Of a stretch of 64,000 nucleotides of DNA, positions 18,450 to 28,700 are shown piece by piece. The notes beneath the pieces were generated by a model. That model made no database searches. It saw nothing but the letters and a program-made list of their open reading frames with translations, and was not told the DNA's origin. Source of the stretch: SAR202 cluster bacterium AC-409-J13_OGT_754m (GTDB taxonomy: Bacteria > Chloroflexota > Dehalococcoidia > Lucifugimonadales > GCA-2712585); the NCBI GenBank assembly GCA_009391235.1, contig VEXD01000001.1:18809-82808 (forward strand). The letters are read 5' to 3'. How positions within the stretch are numbered: position 1 is the first letter of the stretch; every line of letters starts with the position of its first letter. A program made the position numbers and the translations under genes.

Positions 18450-19487
18450 ATGAAATCCATTTTCATATCAAGGCATGGAGGGCCTGAGGTAATACAATTC
18501 GACGAACAACCCGACCCCAAACCAAGCTACCGAGAAGTCATTGTTTCAATAAGGGCAACGGCAATCAATAGACTTGATACATACGTGCGTGCAGGAGTTA
18601 GAGGTCAGCGACGCAATTTCCCACCACCACTTATATTAGGAGGTGATGCCTCCGGGATAGTAGTGGAGTTAGGCAAGAATGCATCAAAGGTGAATTTAAA
18701 CCAACGTGTTTTGATAAACCCTAGAATAACTTGCGGCTTATGTGAGTTCTGTTCGCAGAAAGAGGACGACCTTTGTCAGAACTTTCATATGTTAGGTAGT
18801 ACCAGAAATGGAAGTCACGCTGAATATATATCTATACCAGAATCTAATGTTTATCCCATAAATTCTAATATACAATTCGATACCGCTGCTACACTACCCA
18901 CAACCTACCTACCGGTCTGGAATATGCTCATGCGAAAAACCAACCTTCATAGTAATGAAACAGTACTTGTATTGTCCTCTTCAGCAGGAGTTGGAACAGC
19001 AGCTGTAGAAGTATCCAAAAAGATAATAGGTGCCAAAGTAATCGCTACCACCAGTAGTGATGAAAAAGCATCCAAGACTTTGGAATTAGGCGCAGATCAT
19101 GTAATCAATTACACAAATGAAGACATACATAAACGAGTATTAGAATTAACTAACGGAAGAGGAGTTGACGTCGTAGTAGACCACGTAGGTGCTGAGTTCT
19201 TTGAAACCGCATATAAATCACTTAGGCCAGGAGGGCGTTATGGAATATGCGGAGTAACTAGTGGATACAAAACCAACTTGCAAATGGGAACGTTATTCGC
19301 TAGACAATTAGGTATTCACGGAGTATTCATGGGTTCCAAGAAAGACATGGAACAGATAGTAGAAAAGCTTAATGATGGAACAATACAACCGACGATTCAC
19401 CAAGTATTTAAACTAGAACAGGCCCAATTGGCCCACAAAATTATGGAAGAGCGAACTTTTTTTGGTAAGCTAATCCTGACAAATTAA
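18450..19487 (+). CDS. Zinc-type alcohol dehydrogenase / quinone oxidoreductase (MDR superfamily)
   Basis: 345 aa. GGDASGIVVELG, SSSAGVGTAAVEVSK (Rossmann GxGxxA-like), and overall MDR length and layout. Confidence 0.8.
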   Translation: MKSIFISRHGGPEVIQFDEQPDPKPSYREVIVSIRATAINRLDTYVRAGVRGQRRNFPPPLILGGDASGIVVELGKNASKVNLNQRVLINPRITCGLCEFCSQKEDDLCQNFHMLGSTRNGSHAEYISIPESNVYPINSNIQFDTAATLPTTYLPVWNMLMRKTNLHSNETVLVLSSSAGVGTAAVEVSKKIIGAKVIATTSSDEKASKTLELGADHVINYTNEDIHKRVLELTNGRGVDVVVDHVGAEFFETAYKSLRPGGRYGICGVTSGYKTNLQMGTLFARQLGIHGVFMGSKKDMEQIVEKLNDGTIQPTIHQVFKLEQAQLAHKIMEERTFFGKLILTN

Positions 19488-19514
19488 GTATATAAAAGTA
19501 ATATCCTCATTCCG

Positions 19515-19949
19515 TTACAACAACTCGACCAACTTTGCATTAATAGTCACTTGTTCCATAGGTTTTACATGTACAGTTTTTACTTTTCCATCTCGTGGAG
19601 AACGAATGCTCTGCTCCATTTTCATTGCTTCAACAACACATAATTCCTCGCCTTCAGCAACCACATCTCCAGGCTTGACTTTTATAGCCAAAACTTTACC
19701 AGCCATAGGAGTTGTTACAACTCCATCTTTAGACAAATTTGTATGAATCGGTCTATATGAATGAGCACTTGATGCCTGTCCTGATTTGGACTCTGATTTA
19801 TAAGAACTTTTCGGTTCAACGGTGTTGTCTATCTCTACACTGTAGGTTTGACCTTCTACAGTTACAGAAGTGGGAGAGCCGGTAGAGTCATCAACCTCTA
19901 CCGTATACCAGGTCTCACCTATCTTAACTCTTACTTCCCTTATCTCCAA
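19515..19949 (-). CDS. accB: Biotin carboxyl carrier protein (biotinyl domain)
   Basis: VEAMKMEQSI is the biotinylation motif (A-M-K-M). The track ORF starts at TTG 20006, a 67-nt overlap with the upstream gene. In-frame TTG 19949 has GGAGAG 6 nt upstream and only a 10-nt overlap, so it is preferred. Confidence 0.75.
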   Translation of the reverse strand: MEIREVRVKIGETWYTVEVDDSTGSPTSVTVEGQTYSVEIDNTVEPKSSYKSESKSGQASSAHSYRPIHTNLSKDGVVTTPMAGKVLAIKVKPGDVVAEGEELCVVEAMKMEQSIRSPRDGKVKTVHVKPMEQVTINAKLVELL

Positions 19950-21487
19950 CCAGATCTCTCCATAAAACGGGATGATATCTGCAAAGTTCTCCCGTATATC
20001 CTCCAAGAACTCGCTCCCACTTGCTCACGATCTATCGACATGTCTTTACGATTACCCCTGGAAGTCAAAGCGACCACAGCTATAGCGGCTGCAATTTCTC
20101 TTTCATCTGATGCAGAATTGCCATCAATGGGCAGCTCTGCATGGCTTAATTCCTTCAGTAGGTTAGTTATCATCCATGTGTCGTACTTTCCAGATATGAA
20201 ATCTTCACTAGACAGTACTTCAATTAACAAAGGTATGTTTGTGCTAATCCCTTCTATATTATATTTACGCAGCGCATCAATCAGATTCCTGCGAGCTTCT
20301 TCTCTTGTTTCCCCCCAACACATTAACTTAGCCAACAAAGGATCGTAATGAATGCCTACTTCATAACCCGCATATATGAAGCTGTCAATTCTTACATGTC
20401 GGCTCGTAGTTGGTTCAGTAAGATGAGTTATAGTACCAGCCGATGGAAAGAACGTACGTGGATCCTCCGCGTATATTCTAGCTTCCATAGCAAACCCGTG
20501 GGGCTTTATTGCTTTTTGTTTAAATCCCAGTCGCTCTCCAAAAGCAATTCGTAGTTGCATTTCAACCAAGTCCATTCCAGTTATCATTTCAGTGATACCA
20601 TGTTCTACCTGCAACCGTTTATTCATCTCCAGGAAAAATATCTCGCCACCATCTGAAACTAAAAATTCTACAGTGCCAGCGTTGGTGTAACCTACATGCT
20701 TAGCTAATTTCACAGCATACTTCGTCAATGCCTTTCTCAGTTTGTCCGTAATCTTAATCGTAGGAGCTACCTCTACGATCTTTTGGTTACGTCTCTGCAC
20801 AGAACAATCTCGTTCTAACAAATGTACGGTCTTGAATTTTTCGTCTGCCAGAATTTGAACTTCAATATGAGAAGCATGCTCTAGATATCGTTCAAAATAT
20901 AATTTATCGCTACCGAAAGAGTTTTCAGCTTGGTGTCTAGCCCTCTCTATAATCGGTTCCAATTCTTTAGGAGAGTAAACTATCTGCATTCCAATACCAC
21001 CACCACCAGCTGCCGCTTTAACCATAACGGGAAATCCTACCTTCTTCGCCTGCTTCAATGCATTCTTATCTCCAACCGCCGTATTGGTGCCTGGTATTAC
21101 TGGAATTCCTGCTTTTTGGGCTAATTTACGAGCAATTAACTTATCTCCCATATTTTGAAGAACTTCTGGCGATGGCCCTATAAATTTAATGCCTGCCCCT
21201 TGGCAAGCTACCGCAAAAGCCGCATTTTCCGATAAAAATCCATATCCAGGATGAATTGCTTCCACTGATGCATTAACTGCTACGTCAATCATTTTTACAA
21301 TGTTAAGATAACTCTCCGAAGGAGGAGCGGCTCCTATTCGATAGGCTTCATCAGCCATTCCAACATGTAACGAGTCTCGATCTGCATCCGAGTAGACCGC
21401 AACAGTCTTAATTCCTAATTTCCGGCAAGTTCGAATAACGCGACAAGCTATTTCCCCACGATTGGCTACAAGAATTTTCTTAAACAT
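19940..21487 (-). CDS. accC: Biotin carboxylase subunit (acyl-CoA or pyruvate carboxylase A-type), long 515-aa form
   Basis: MFKKILVANRGEIACRVIRTCR, ATP-grasp domain (GGGGIGMQIV), EMNKRLQVEH. No carboxyltransferase gene is adjacent. Confidence 0.9.
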   Translation of the reverse strand: MFKKILVANRGEIACRVIRTCRKLGIKTVAVYSDADRDSLHVGMADEAYRIGAAPPSESYLNIVKMIDVAVNASVEAIHPGYGFLSENAAFAVACQGAGIKFIGPSPEVLQNMGDKLIARKLAQKAGIPVIPGTNTAVGDKNALKQAKKVGFPVMVKAAAGGGGIGMQIVYSPKELEPIIERARHQAENSFGSDKLYFERYLEHASHIEVQILADEKFKTVHLLERDCSVQRRNQKIVEVAPTIKITDKLRKALTKYAVKLAKHVGYTNAGTVEFLVSDGGEIFFLEMNKRLQVEHGITEMITGMDLVEMQLRIAFGERLGFKQKAIKPHGFAMEARIYAEDPRTFFPSAGTITHLTEPTTSRHVRIDSFIYAGYEVGIHYDPLLAKLMCWGETREEARRNLIDALRKYNIEGISTNIPLLIEVLSSEDFISGKYDTWMITNLLKELSHAELPIDGNSASDEREIAAAIAVVALTSRGNRKDMSIDREQVGASSWRIYGRTLQISSRFMERSGWR

Positions 21488-21524
21488 TTTATTGTCCCAA
21501 TTATACCATCTTAATCATTTAGAT

Positions 21525-22298
21525 TTAGACAACTTGTTCTCTGGAATACCGCCCAACATGGTCCATGAAATCACTGGACTGAACATCTTTATCCAACCAA
21601 TAACGTATTGATTTATCAAGAATGGATCTTAGCTCCCTATAAATATCTTCTGACGTAGTGCTAGAACGGGGAAAATTGGGCGATGAATTAAACAAACGCA
21701 GGATATCAATTGTGTCATCATTAACAAATCTCACACGCCATAGTTCTGGTTTACAGTTATCACATAAAAGCCCACCTAGTTCAATGCAAAATCTATTACT
21801 GTAAGAGTCCAGCACGTGACCACACTCGACACATCTATATAGCTCAGGCATGTGCCCACATACAGAAAGTAAGTTGAACTGAAAAAAAGGAACGATCATA
21901 TGGTTGGCATTTGAATCCTGAAGCGCATGCAAACAATCAAGGAACAGTGTGTAAAGTTCTGGATTAGAATTGGCTTCCATAGCAAACCCGTCCACTAGTT
22001 CAGTAATATACAAGGATTGAGACAATCGTTCAAGATTACCCTTAAGTATTTGAAAATTATCCATACTTTGCACTTGCGATATGCTAGGCATGTTTCGACC
22101 TCGGTATAAAGTTACGTCAATTTGGTTAAGCTGTTCGATATGTCCCATTTTCCTGCTAGTTAATTTCCGGGCGCCCCACGCCATTGCTGTCAATTTTGAA
22201 CCGTCGCTTGCAATTAATGTTACCAAAACATCTCTATCACCCAAAAAAGATGTTTTTAAAACCAATCCCTCTACTCTATACAATCGATTTCCTGACAT
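21525..22298 (-). CDS. recO: DNA repair protein RecO
   Basis: 257 aa. N-terminal OB-fold-like region and a CVECG...CDNC zinc-finger pair. Adjacent to recR. Confidence 0.85.
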   Translation of the reverse strand: MSGNRLYRVEGLVLKTSFLGDRDVLVTLIASDGSKLTAMAWGARKLTSRKMGHIEQLNQIDVTLYRGRNMPSISQVQSMDNFQILKGNLERLSQSLYITELVDGFAMEANSNPELYTLFLDCLHALQDSNANHMIVPFFQFNLLSVCGHMPELYRCVECGHVLDSYSNRFCIELGGLLCDNCKPELWRVRFVNDDTIDILRLFNSSPNFPRSSTTSEDIYRELRSILDKSIRYWLDKDVQSSDFMDHVGRYSREQVV

Positions 22299-22301
22299 AA
22301 C

Positions 22302-22910
22302 TTACAACTCTATTCTACCTTGATATGCTCGATTCAGAGTAACAGCATCAGCATATTCAAGTTGCCCTCCAATCGGCAATCCTCTAGCAAGATTAGTCAC
22401 CTTTATTCCCAACGGCGAAATCAAACGCTGTATGTACATACTAGTGGCATCACCCTCTAATGTAGGATTAACCCCAAGTATCACTTCCTTTACAGCATCA
22501 TTATTAAGACGTGGTAAGAGTTCTTTAATCCTTAAGTCACCAGGTCCAATTCCATTCATAGGCGATACGACCCCATGTAGCACATGGTAGTATCCTTTGT
22601 AAAAACCAGCTCTTTCAATGGCCAACACATCCAATGGTTCTTCAACCACACATATAATACCGTTATTACGGTGTGGGTCATTACACAATTCACATGGGTC
22701 CACTTCTGTAAGATTTTGACACACAGAACAATAGATGATTTTATCCTTGACGCCCAATATCGACTCAGCTATTCCTTCAACTTCTTCAGAGGGCAACCGT
22801 ATAATATAATAAGCAAGACGTTGAGCACTTTTAATTCCTATGCCTGGCAATCTATTTAGTTCTCGTATTAAACGAGCTACCGGACTAGGTGCGGACACTT
22901 GGTCGTTCAT
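22302..22910 (-). CDS. recR: Recombination protein RecR
   Basis: 202 aa. LPGIGIKSAQRLAYY (HhH), CSVCQNLTEVDPCELC zinc finger and a Toprim domain. Confidence 0.95.
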   Translation of the reverse strand: MNDQVSAPSPVARLIRELNRLPGIGIKSAQRLAYYIIRLPSEEVEGIAESILGVKDKIIYCSVCQNLTEVDPCELCNDPHRNNGIICVVEEPLDVLAIERAGFYKGYYHVLHGVVSPMNGIGPGDLRIKELLPRLNNDAVKEVILGVNPTLEGDATSMYIQRLISPLGIKVTNLARGLPIGGQLEYADAVTLNRAYQGRIEL

Positions 22911-23066
22911 TCACCCCTCTCAACAAATCACCATTTTCGGATCTGTTCTTTCTCTTGGTTTAAAAGATAGTTATAGAGCCTTAAATACACTATTAATTTA
23001 TCCAATTATCTCATAATACTCCAGGAACAACTCTCATATTTAAGACATCAATATATCATTGATCAT

Positions 23067-24335
23067 CTAAATTCTAATTTGACCGTTACCTAAAACAATC
23101 CACTTATAACTAGTCATTTCTTTAAGAGCCATAGGGCCTCTTGCATGAAATTTTTGTGTACTAATTCCTATTTCAGCTCCTAGTCCAAACTCTGATCCAT
23201 CATGAAAATAGGTGCTAGCATTAACAAATACCGCTGCAGCATCAACTTCATCCAGGAATTTTGTTGCTAAAGATTCATCTTCAGTAACTATGGCTTCAGA
23301 GTGACCAGAATAGTAATTGCTAATATGTTCAATCGCTTCATCCGCACTATCAACAATTTTTACGGCTGCCGTCAGTGATAAAAATTCCATGTTCCAATCT
23401 TCTTCCATTACAGGCTTTAGGTTTAATCCCTCAATCGGAGACAGAATCCTGAATGATCTACTATCACACCTCATTTCTAACCCAACTTCAGCCCATTTTC
23501 TAGCCATTGCAGGAAGAAATTGGGTCGCTATATCCTTATGAACTAGAAGAGTGTCTAAAGCATTACATACTGTAGGACGTTGCACTTTTGCGTTGTATAC
23601 TATCGCTATTGCGTCATCAAAGTTGGCAGCCTTATCAATAAAGGTTCTGCATACCCCAACCCCACCAGAAACGACTGGCATAGTTGCATTCTCAGAAACA
23701 AAATCTATGAAATCCGCACTACCTCTAGGAACCATTAAATCTATGTATTTTTTCATCTTTAACATGGAGCTTACAAATTTTCTATCTGTATCCTCTATCA
23801 GTTGAACCGCATCTTTAGGTAATCCGACCTCACCTATCGCCTGTCTCACTAACTTAGTCAATACACTATTTGAATTTATAGCTTCACTGCCCCCACGTAA
23901 AATGCATGCGTTACCAGACTTCAAACATAGACTTGAAATATCCAGCGTAACATTTGGCCTGCTTTCATATATCGACCCGATAACTCCCAAGGGAACTCTT
24001 TTCTTCCCAATAGTTAAACCATTTGGCCTAGTATTCATATCAAATACTTCTCCAACAGGATCATCTAATTTAGCAATGTTTCTGACATCATCAGCCATTT
24101 TCAATAATCTTTCTGGAGTGATAGCCAATCGATCCATAAAAGCATCATTAACACCATTACCGCTATTAATATCACGCGCATTGGCATCCAAAACTTCGTT
24201 TTTATGATCCAATATGAAATCAGCAATATGAATTAAGGCTTGATTCTTATGGGCAGAAGGAGTTTTGGCCAAAATAATAGCGGCTGCCCGACTTCTCTTG
24301 CCTTGTTCCAACAGAGTAACAGCAGATCCATCCAT
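23067..24335 (-). CDS. proA: Gamma-glutamyl phosphate reductase
   Basis: 422 aa aldehyde-dehydrogenase-type protein (VIGSIYESRPNVT, catalytic-Cys region VCNALDTLLVH). Downstream of proB. Confidence 0.95.
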   Translation of the reverse strand: MDGSAVTLLEQGKRSRAAAIILAKTPSAHKNQALIHIADFILDHKNEVLDANARDINSGNGVNDAFMDRLAITPERLLKMADDVRNIAKLDDPVGEVFDMNTRPNGLTIGKKRVPLGVIGSIYESRPNVTLDISSLCLKSGNACILRGGSEAINSNSVLTKLVRQAIGEVGLPKDAVQLIEDTDRKFVSSMLKMKKYIDLMVPRGSADFIDFVSENATMPVVSGGVGVCRTFIDKAANFDDAIAIVYNAKVQRPTVCNALDTLLVHKDIATQFLPAMARKWAEVGLEMRCDSRSFRILSPIEGLNLKPVMEEDWNMEFLSLTAAVKIVDSADEAIEHISNYYSGHSEAIVTEDESLATKFLDEVDAAAVFVNASTYFHDGSEFGLGAEIGISTQKFHARGPMALKEMTSYKWIVLGNGQIRI

Positions 24336-24407
24336 ATTTATTCCTCCTAATCAAGTCCCTAAACATTAAGTGGAGTTAACTTTTAGAATTCCTCCGCTAT
24401 TATGTGA

Positions 24408-25577
24408 CTATAACAATACCATATTGTTGCGATGTACTACTTCCTGACCATAATAATTATCTATTACAGCCTGTATGCTTTCAGACCGTTGTCCTTTCAT
24501 TTTAGATATTTCCGATGCATCATAATTCGTGAGACCACAAGCAATCATTACACCATCAACATTCTTTATGCTAACTACATCACCGCGACGAAAATCTCCG
24601 CTAACATTATTCACACCAGCCGGAAGTAAACTCTTATTATCTTCTGCTAAAGCATGTTCTGCTCCATTGTCCACATATATATCACCTTTTATAGATAGCC
24701 CACTTAGCATCCATCGTTTACGACTTTCCATTTTGTTGGCTGTAGGAACAAAAAGAGTTCCAATTGCCTGTCCTAGTACGATACGCGGGACAATATCTTC
24801 AATAAGACCATTACATATTACTACTGTAGTTCCCAATCTGGTTGCCATTTTTGCCGCACTCAATTTGGAAGCCATCCCGCCTCGAGAACGTTGATTATCA
24901 TGTTTTCCAGCCAATGATTCTATATAAGAATCAACACGTTCAACCCTATTTAATATCGTAGCATTCGTGTCTTTATTGGGATCTGCAGTAAATAAACCAT
25001 TGGTATCAGTCAAGATGGCCAGAAGATCAGCGTCAACTAAATTCACTACAAGAGCCGATAAGGTATCATTGTCTCCAAACACAGGTCCAATCTCTTCAAG
25101 GGCCACCACATCATTCTCATTGATAATAGGAATTACCCCCCGAGAAAGTAACGAATGTAAAATATTGCGTACATTTAAGTACCCTTGTCTATCAGATAGA
25201 TCATTTCTTGTAAGAAGTGCCTGAGCGACAATAATTCCCCAAGTTTCGAACAGAGAACTATATAGTTGTAGTAATCTACTTTGCCCTACAGATGCCAACA
25301 TTTGCCTATATGACATGTCAGTTTTATCTTCATTCATGCCAAGAACCTTGCGTCCCGCAGCAATAGCTCCAGATGTAACTAACAACACTTTTATACCTCG
25401 ACTATGGAGCCAAGCTAGTTGTCGTACCAACTCTTCCATAATTGACAAGTCAAGTTCATCCTTGCCACCAGTCAAAACATTAGTGCCAGCTTTAACTACA
25501 ACGCAATTATATTCAGATGCAAGTTCTGAAGCATTACTCCCGAAGACATCAGGATTTGGTTGTTCAGCCATTTTCAT
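24408..25577 (-). CDS. proB: Glutamate 5-kinase with C-terminal PUA domain
   Basis: VVVKAGTNVLT and GDNDTLSALVV amino-acid-kinase motifs. PUA domain (GDVVSI...ACGLTNY). The track start TTG 25580 is immediately followed by ATG 25577. Confidence 0.95.
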   Translation of the reverse strand: MKMAEQPNPDVFGSNASELASEYNCVVVKAGTNVLTGGKDELDLSIMEELVRQLAWLHSRGIKVLLVTSGAIAAGRKVLGMNEDKTDMSYRQMLASVGQSRLLQLYSSLFETWGIIVAQALLTRNDLSDRQGYLNVRNILHSLLSRGVIPIINENDVVALEEIGPVFGDNDTLSALVVNLVDADLLAILTDTNGLFTADPNKDTNATILNRVERVDSYIESLAGKHDNQRSRGGMASKLSAAKMATRLGTTVVICNGLIEDIVPRIVLGQAIGTLFVPTANKMESRKRWMLSGLSIKGDIYVDNGAEHALAEDNKSLLPAGVNNVSGDFRRGDVVSIKNVDGVMIACGLTNYDASEISKMKGQRSESIQAVIDNYYGQEVVHRNNMVLL

Positions 25578-25611
25578 CAATATATCCTAGGAACAATATC
25601 TGCCTACCAAC

Positions 25612-25641
25612 ATTATATCAGTCGTTCTTTATAGCCTACAA
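25612..25641 (-). promoter_or_regulatory. Putative sigma70-type promoter for proBA (TTGTAG-N18-TATAAT)
   Basis: The minus strand reads ttgtag gctataaagaacgactga tataat, with the -10 at 25617-25612, about 35 nt upstream of the proB start. Sequence match only. Confidence 0.3.
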
Positions 25642-25703
25642 TGAAAAAAACATGACGCATTTCTCTATTAGATTGAACCTCGGGCATTTGCATAATACAA
25701 TGT

Positions 25704-25737
25704 AAAAAGGGCTACTCCTGATGGAACTAGCCCTTTT
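25704..25737. terminator. Bidirectional Rho-independent-terminator-like hairpin in the divergent proB/mfd intergenic region
   Basis: AAAAGGGCTA (25705-25714) pairs with TAGCCCTTTT (25728-25737) around a 13-nt loop. The GGGCTA/TAGCCC core is flanked by an A5 run on one side and a T4 run on the other, so a U-tract follows the stem on either strand. Confidence 0.45.
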
Positions 25738-25775
25738 GGCGTTACTTTAATAAATCGGAGGCTTATTCAGACTAC

Positions 25776-28700
25776 ATGAGATTAGCAGGTCTTTTTCCTC
25801 ATATCTTGACTCATCCAAAGCATACACGCATGTTCAGGAACCTTATGTCAAGTAAATCCGCCACAAGTTCAACTACCCTGGGTGGCAAGCCAATATTAAT
25901 GTCCGCTCTACAGGAAGAATTAAATAAACCAATATTGTTAATAACTCCAACTAGTGAAAAAGCTTATCAAGTTTATAATCAGATTATTTGTTATTCCGGA
26001 AACGATAGCAATATATTATTCCTACCAGATTTGGATATGCCAGTCTTTGAACATCTCACTATAGACAGCTTTACAAACAATCAGAGACTTAAAGCACTGG
26101 ATGCTATAACTAACCCTTCCACAGAGAATCCTCCCCTTATCGTAGCATCTTTATCAGCAGTAATGCGAAAAACCATGTCCTACGACAAGTTTAGAGCATC
26201 ATCTTATCAGATACGTGTAGGAGAAAAGGTCACAATCAGCGAGCTAACATCCTGGTGGAGCAGTATAGGTTACAAAAACGAACCATTGGTAGAGATCCCA
26301 GGTTCGTTCAGCAGGAGGGGAGGAATAATAGATATTTTTCCTCCTAATTCATCTCTACCTGCGCGATTGGATATGATAGGCAACGAAATAGAAAGCATTC
26401 ATTTATTTGAACCATTAACCCAACGCTCAGTCGAAAATATTGACACAATTAGAATCATTCCAGCATTAGAAATCCTGCCGATTCATACAGATGCGATTCG
26501 CATAAACACGGCACTAGCTAACCTTAATTTCAACAACTGTAGTTTGCAAATCAAACAGCAAATTTACGATGAAGTTTCAGAGTTATTTGTTGCCGCAAGC
26601 CAAGAAAATATTTCATTTTATGAGGGACTAATAAATCACTCATCCCTAATACAAATGACAAACAGAGATTTTGTTATAGCCCTTGATGAAAAGAGTGACT
26701 TGATAATCGAGTCGTCAACCATACACGAGCGACTGGAACAAATTATGCATCAACGTATAACTAACGGGGAATTACCTGATGGATTTCCCGTCCCATATAT
26801 TTCATGGCAGGAATTTAAAGAAAGTCTAAGCAATAAAACTATTTTGACTCTATCTGAACATGAAAGCCCAGATGATGTAACTGGCTTCCACCAACCTAAG
26901 TCCTTCTTTGGCCAATTAAACAACCTAACCTTAGAACTAAAATCAATGCGTAATCAAGACACAGCCGTCATTTTAGTGACCAGGCACTCTCAACGCACAG
27001 CTCAAATTTTGTCAGAGGCCGATTTGGGTTCTTCGATCAAGCTGGAACTTGACCTTATACCAAAAGCAAACAGTATAACAATCGTCCCAGGCTCATTAGA
27101 GAATGGATGGAGTCTAGATTCAGAGAACATCAAACTTCAACTATTAACCGACTCTGAAATCTTTGGCTCTTTGAAAATACCACGCCGTATAAGAAAACAA
27201 CCGGTAATAAACAAAACCTTTTTATCCCAATTGGAAATAGGATGCTACGTAGTACACGAAGACCATGGTATTGCTCGATTCTCAGGAACAGCCAGCATGG
27301 ATACTACCGGTGAAAATCGAGAATACCTTGTATTAGATTATGCAGAAAATGACAAGCTCTATTTGCCAACAGATCATTTAGATCGTATTACGCCATATAT
27401 TGCTTCTGATGACCGCACACCTTCTCTAACTCGTCTAAGCACCATGGAGTGGAGTAGGGCCAAGGAACGGGTGAAATCCTCAGCTCAAGATATAGCTAAA
27501 GAGCTTTTGGAACTCTATGCCAATCGGCAATTAGCACGAGGGCATGCTTTTTCTGAAGATACTCCATGGCAACAAGAAGTAGAGGACGCATTTCCTTTTG
27601 AAGAAACCCCAGACCAAATTAAAGCAATAGAACAGATAAAATTTGAGATGGAACAGAACAGACCGATGGATCGATTAGTTTGCGGTGATGTTGGGTACGG
27701 AAAAACGGAAATCGCTTTAAGAGCAGCTTTTAAAGCGGTCTCAGATGGAATGCAGGTTGCTATTCTTGTTCCAACAACTATCTTGGCGCAACAACACTAT
27801 GAGACATTCTCTAATCGCCTTAACCCATACCCCATCAAAATAGAAGTTCTCAGTAGATTTGGCAAATCTGCCCAACAAAAGAAAATCATAGATGCTATGA
27901 AAAAAGGAACGGTCGATATAGCGATAGGAACACATCGACTCATCCAAAAGGATGTCCAATTCAAAAACCTAGGATTAGTAATAGTTGACGAAGAACAACG
28001 GTTTGGCGTAACCCACAAGGAAAAACTAAAGCTAATGCGTAATCAGGTGGATGTTTTAGCCCTAAGTGCTACACCAATTCCCAGAACCCTGTACATGGCA
28101 CTTTCAGGCATAAGAGATATGAGCACAATCGAGACGCCTCCTGATGAACGATTACCAATTAAAACTTTTGTAGGACAATCAAGTGAATCAATTATACGAG
28201 AAGCAATATTAAGAGAACTCGGTCGTGGAGGCCAAGTATTTTTTGTCCACAACCGAATCAGAACCATTAATAGATTAGCTCGCCAATTGTCCGAACTTAT
28301 ACCCGAAGCACAAATAGCTGTGGCTCACGGAAGGATGGATGAAGGGGAATTAGAAAGCATAATGATGGATTTTAACGGGGGACGCACAAACGTACTTCTA
28401 TGTACCACCATAATAGAAGCAGGATTAGATATACCTAATGCTAACACCCTTATAGTGGACCGAGCAGACCAATTCGGGTTATCACAACTCTATCAACTAC
28501 GTGGGCGAGTGGGTAGAAGTGAGGTTAGAGCTTATTGCTATTTGCTTCTGCCTTCGAATCAACGCATTTCGCCAAGAGCTGAACAACGACTTAGAGCGAT
28601 ATTGGAAGCGTCTGAATTAGGATCTGGATTTCGACTAGCTATGAGAGATTTAGAAATTAGAGGTGCCGGAAATATCCTAGGAGCCGAACAAAGCGGCCAT

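Noticed and set aside
19940-20006. Frameshifted fused BC-BCCP (PccA-like) gene
   Set aside because: A good internal TTG start (19949) with GGAGAG 6 nt upstream gives a 10-nt overlap typical of coupled genes. A 515 + ~145 aa split matches known two-subunit (archaeal-type) enzymes. This is kept only as a caveat in a finding.
25517-25705. 62-aa + strand ORF spanning the proB start and the intergenic region
   Set aside because: It overlaps the proB 5' end antisense and has no SD or motif. Only its last 17 codons lie in the intergenic region, and these are mentioned as a possibility in the hairpin finding.
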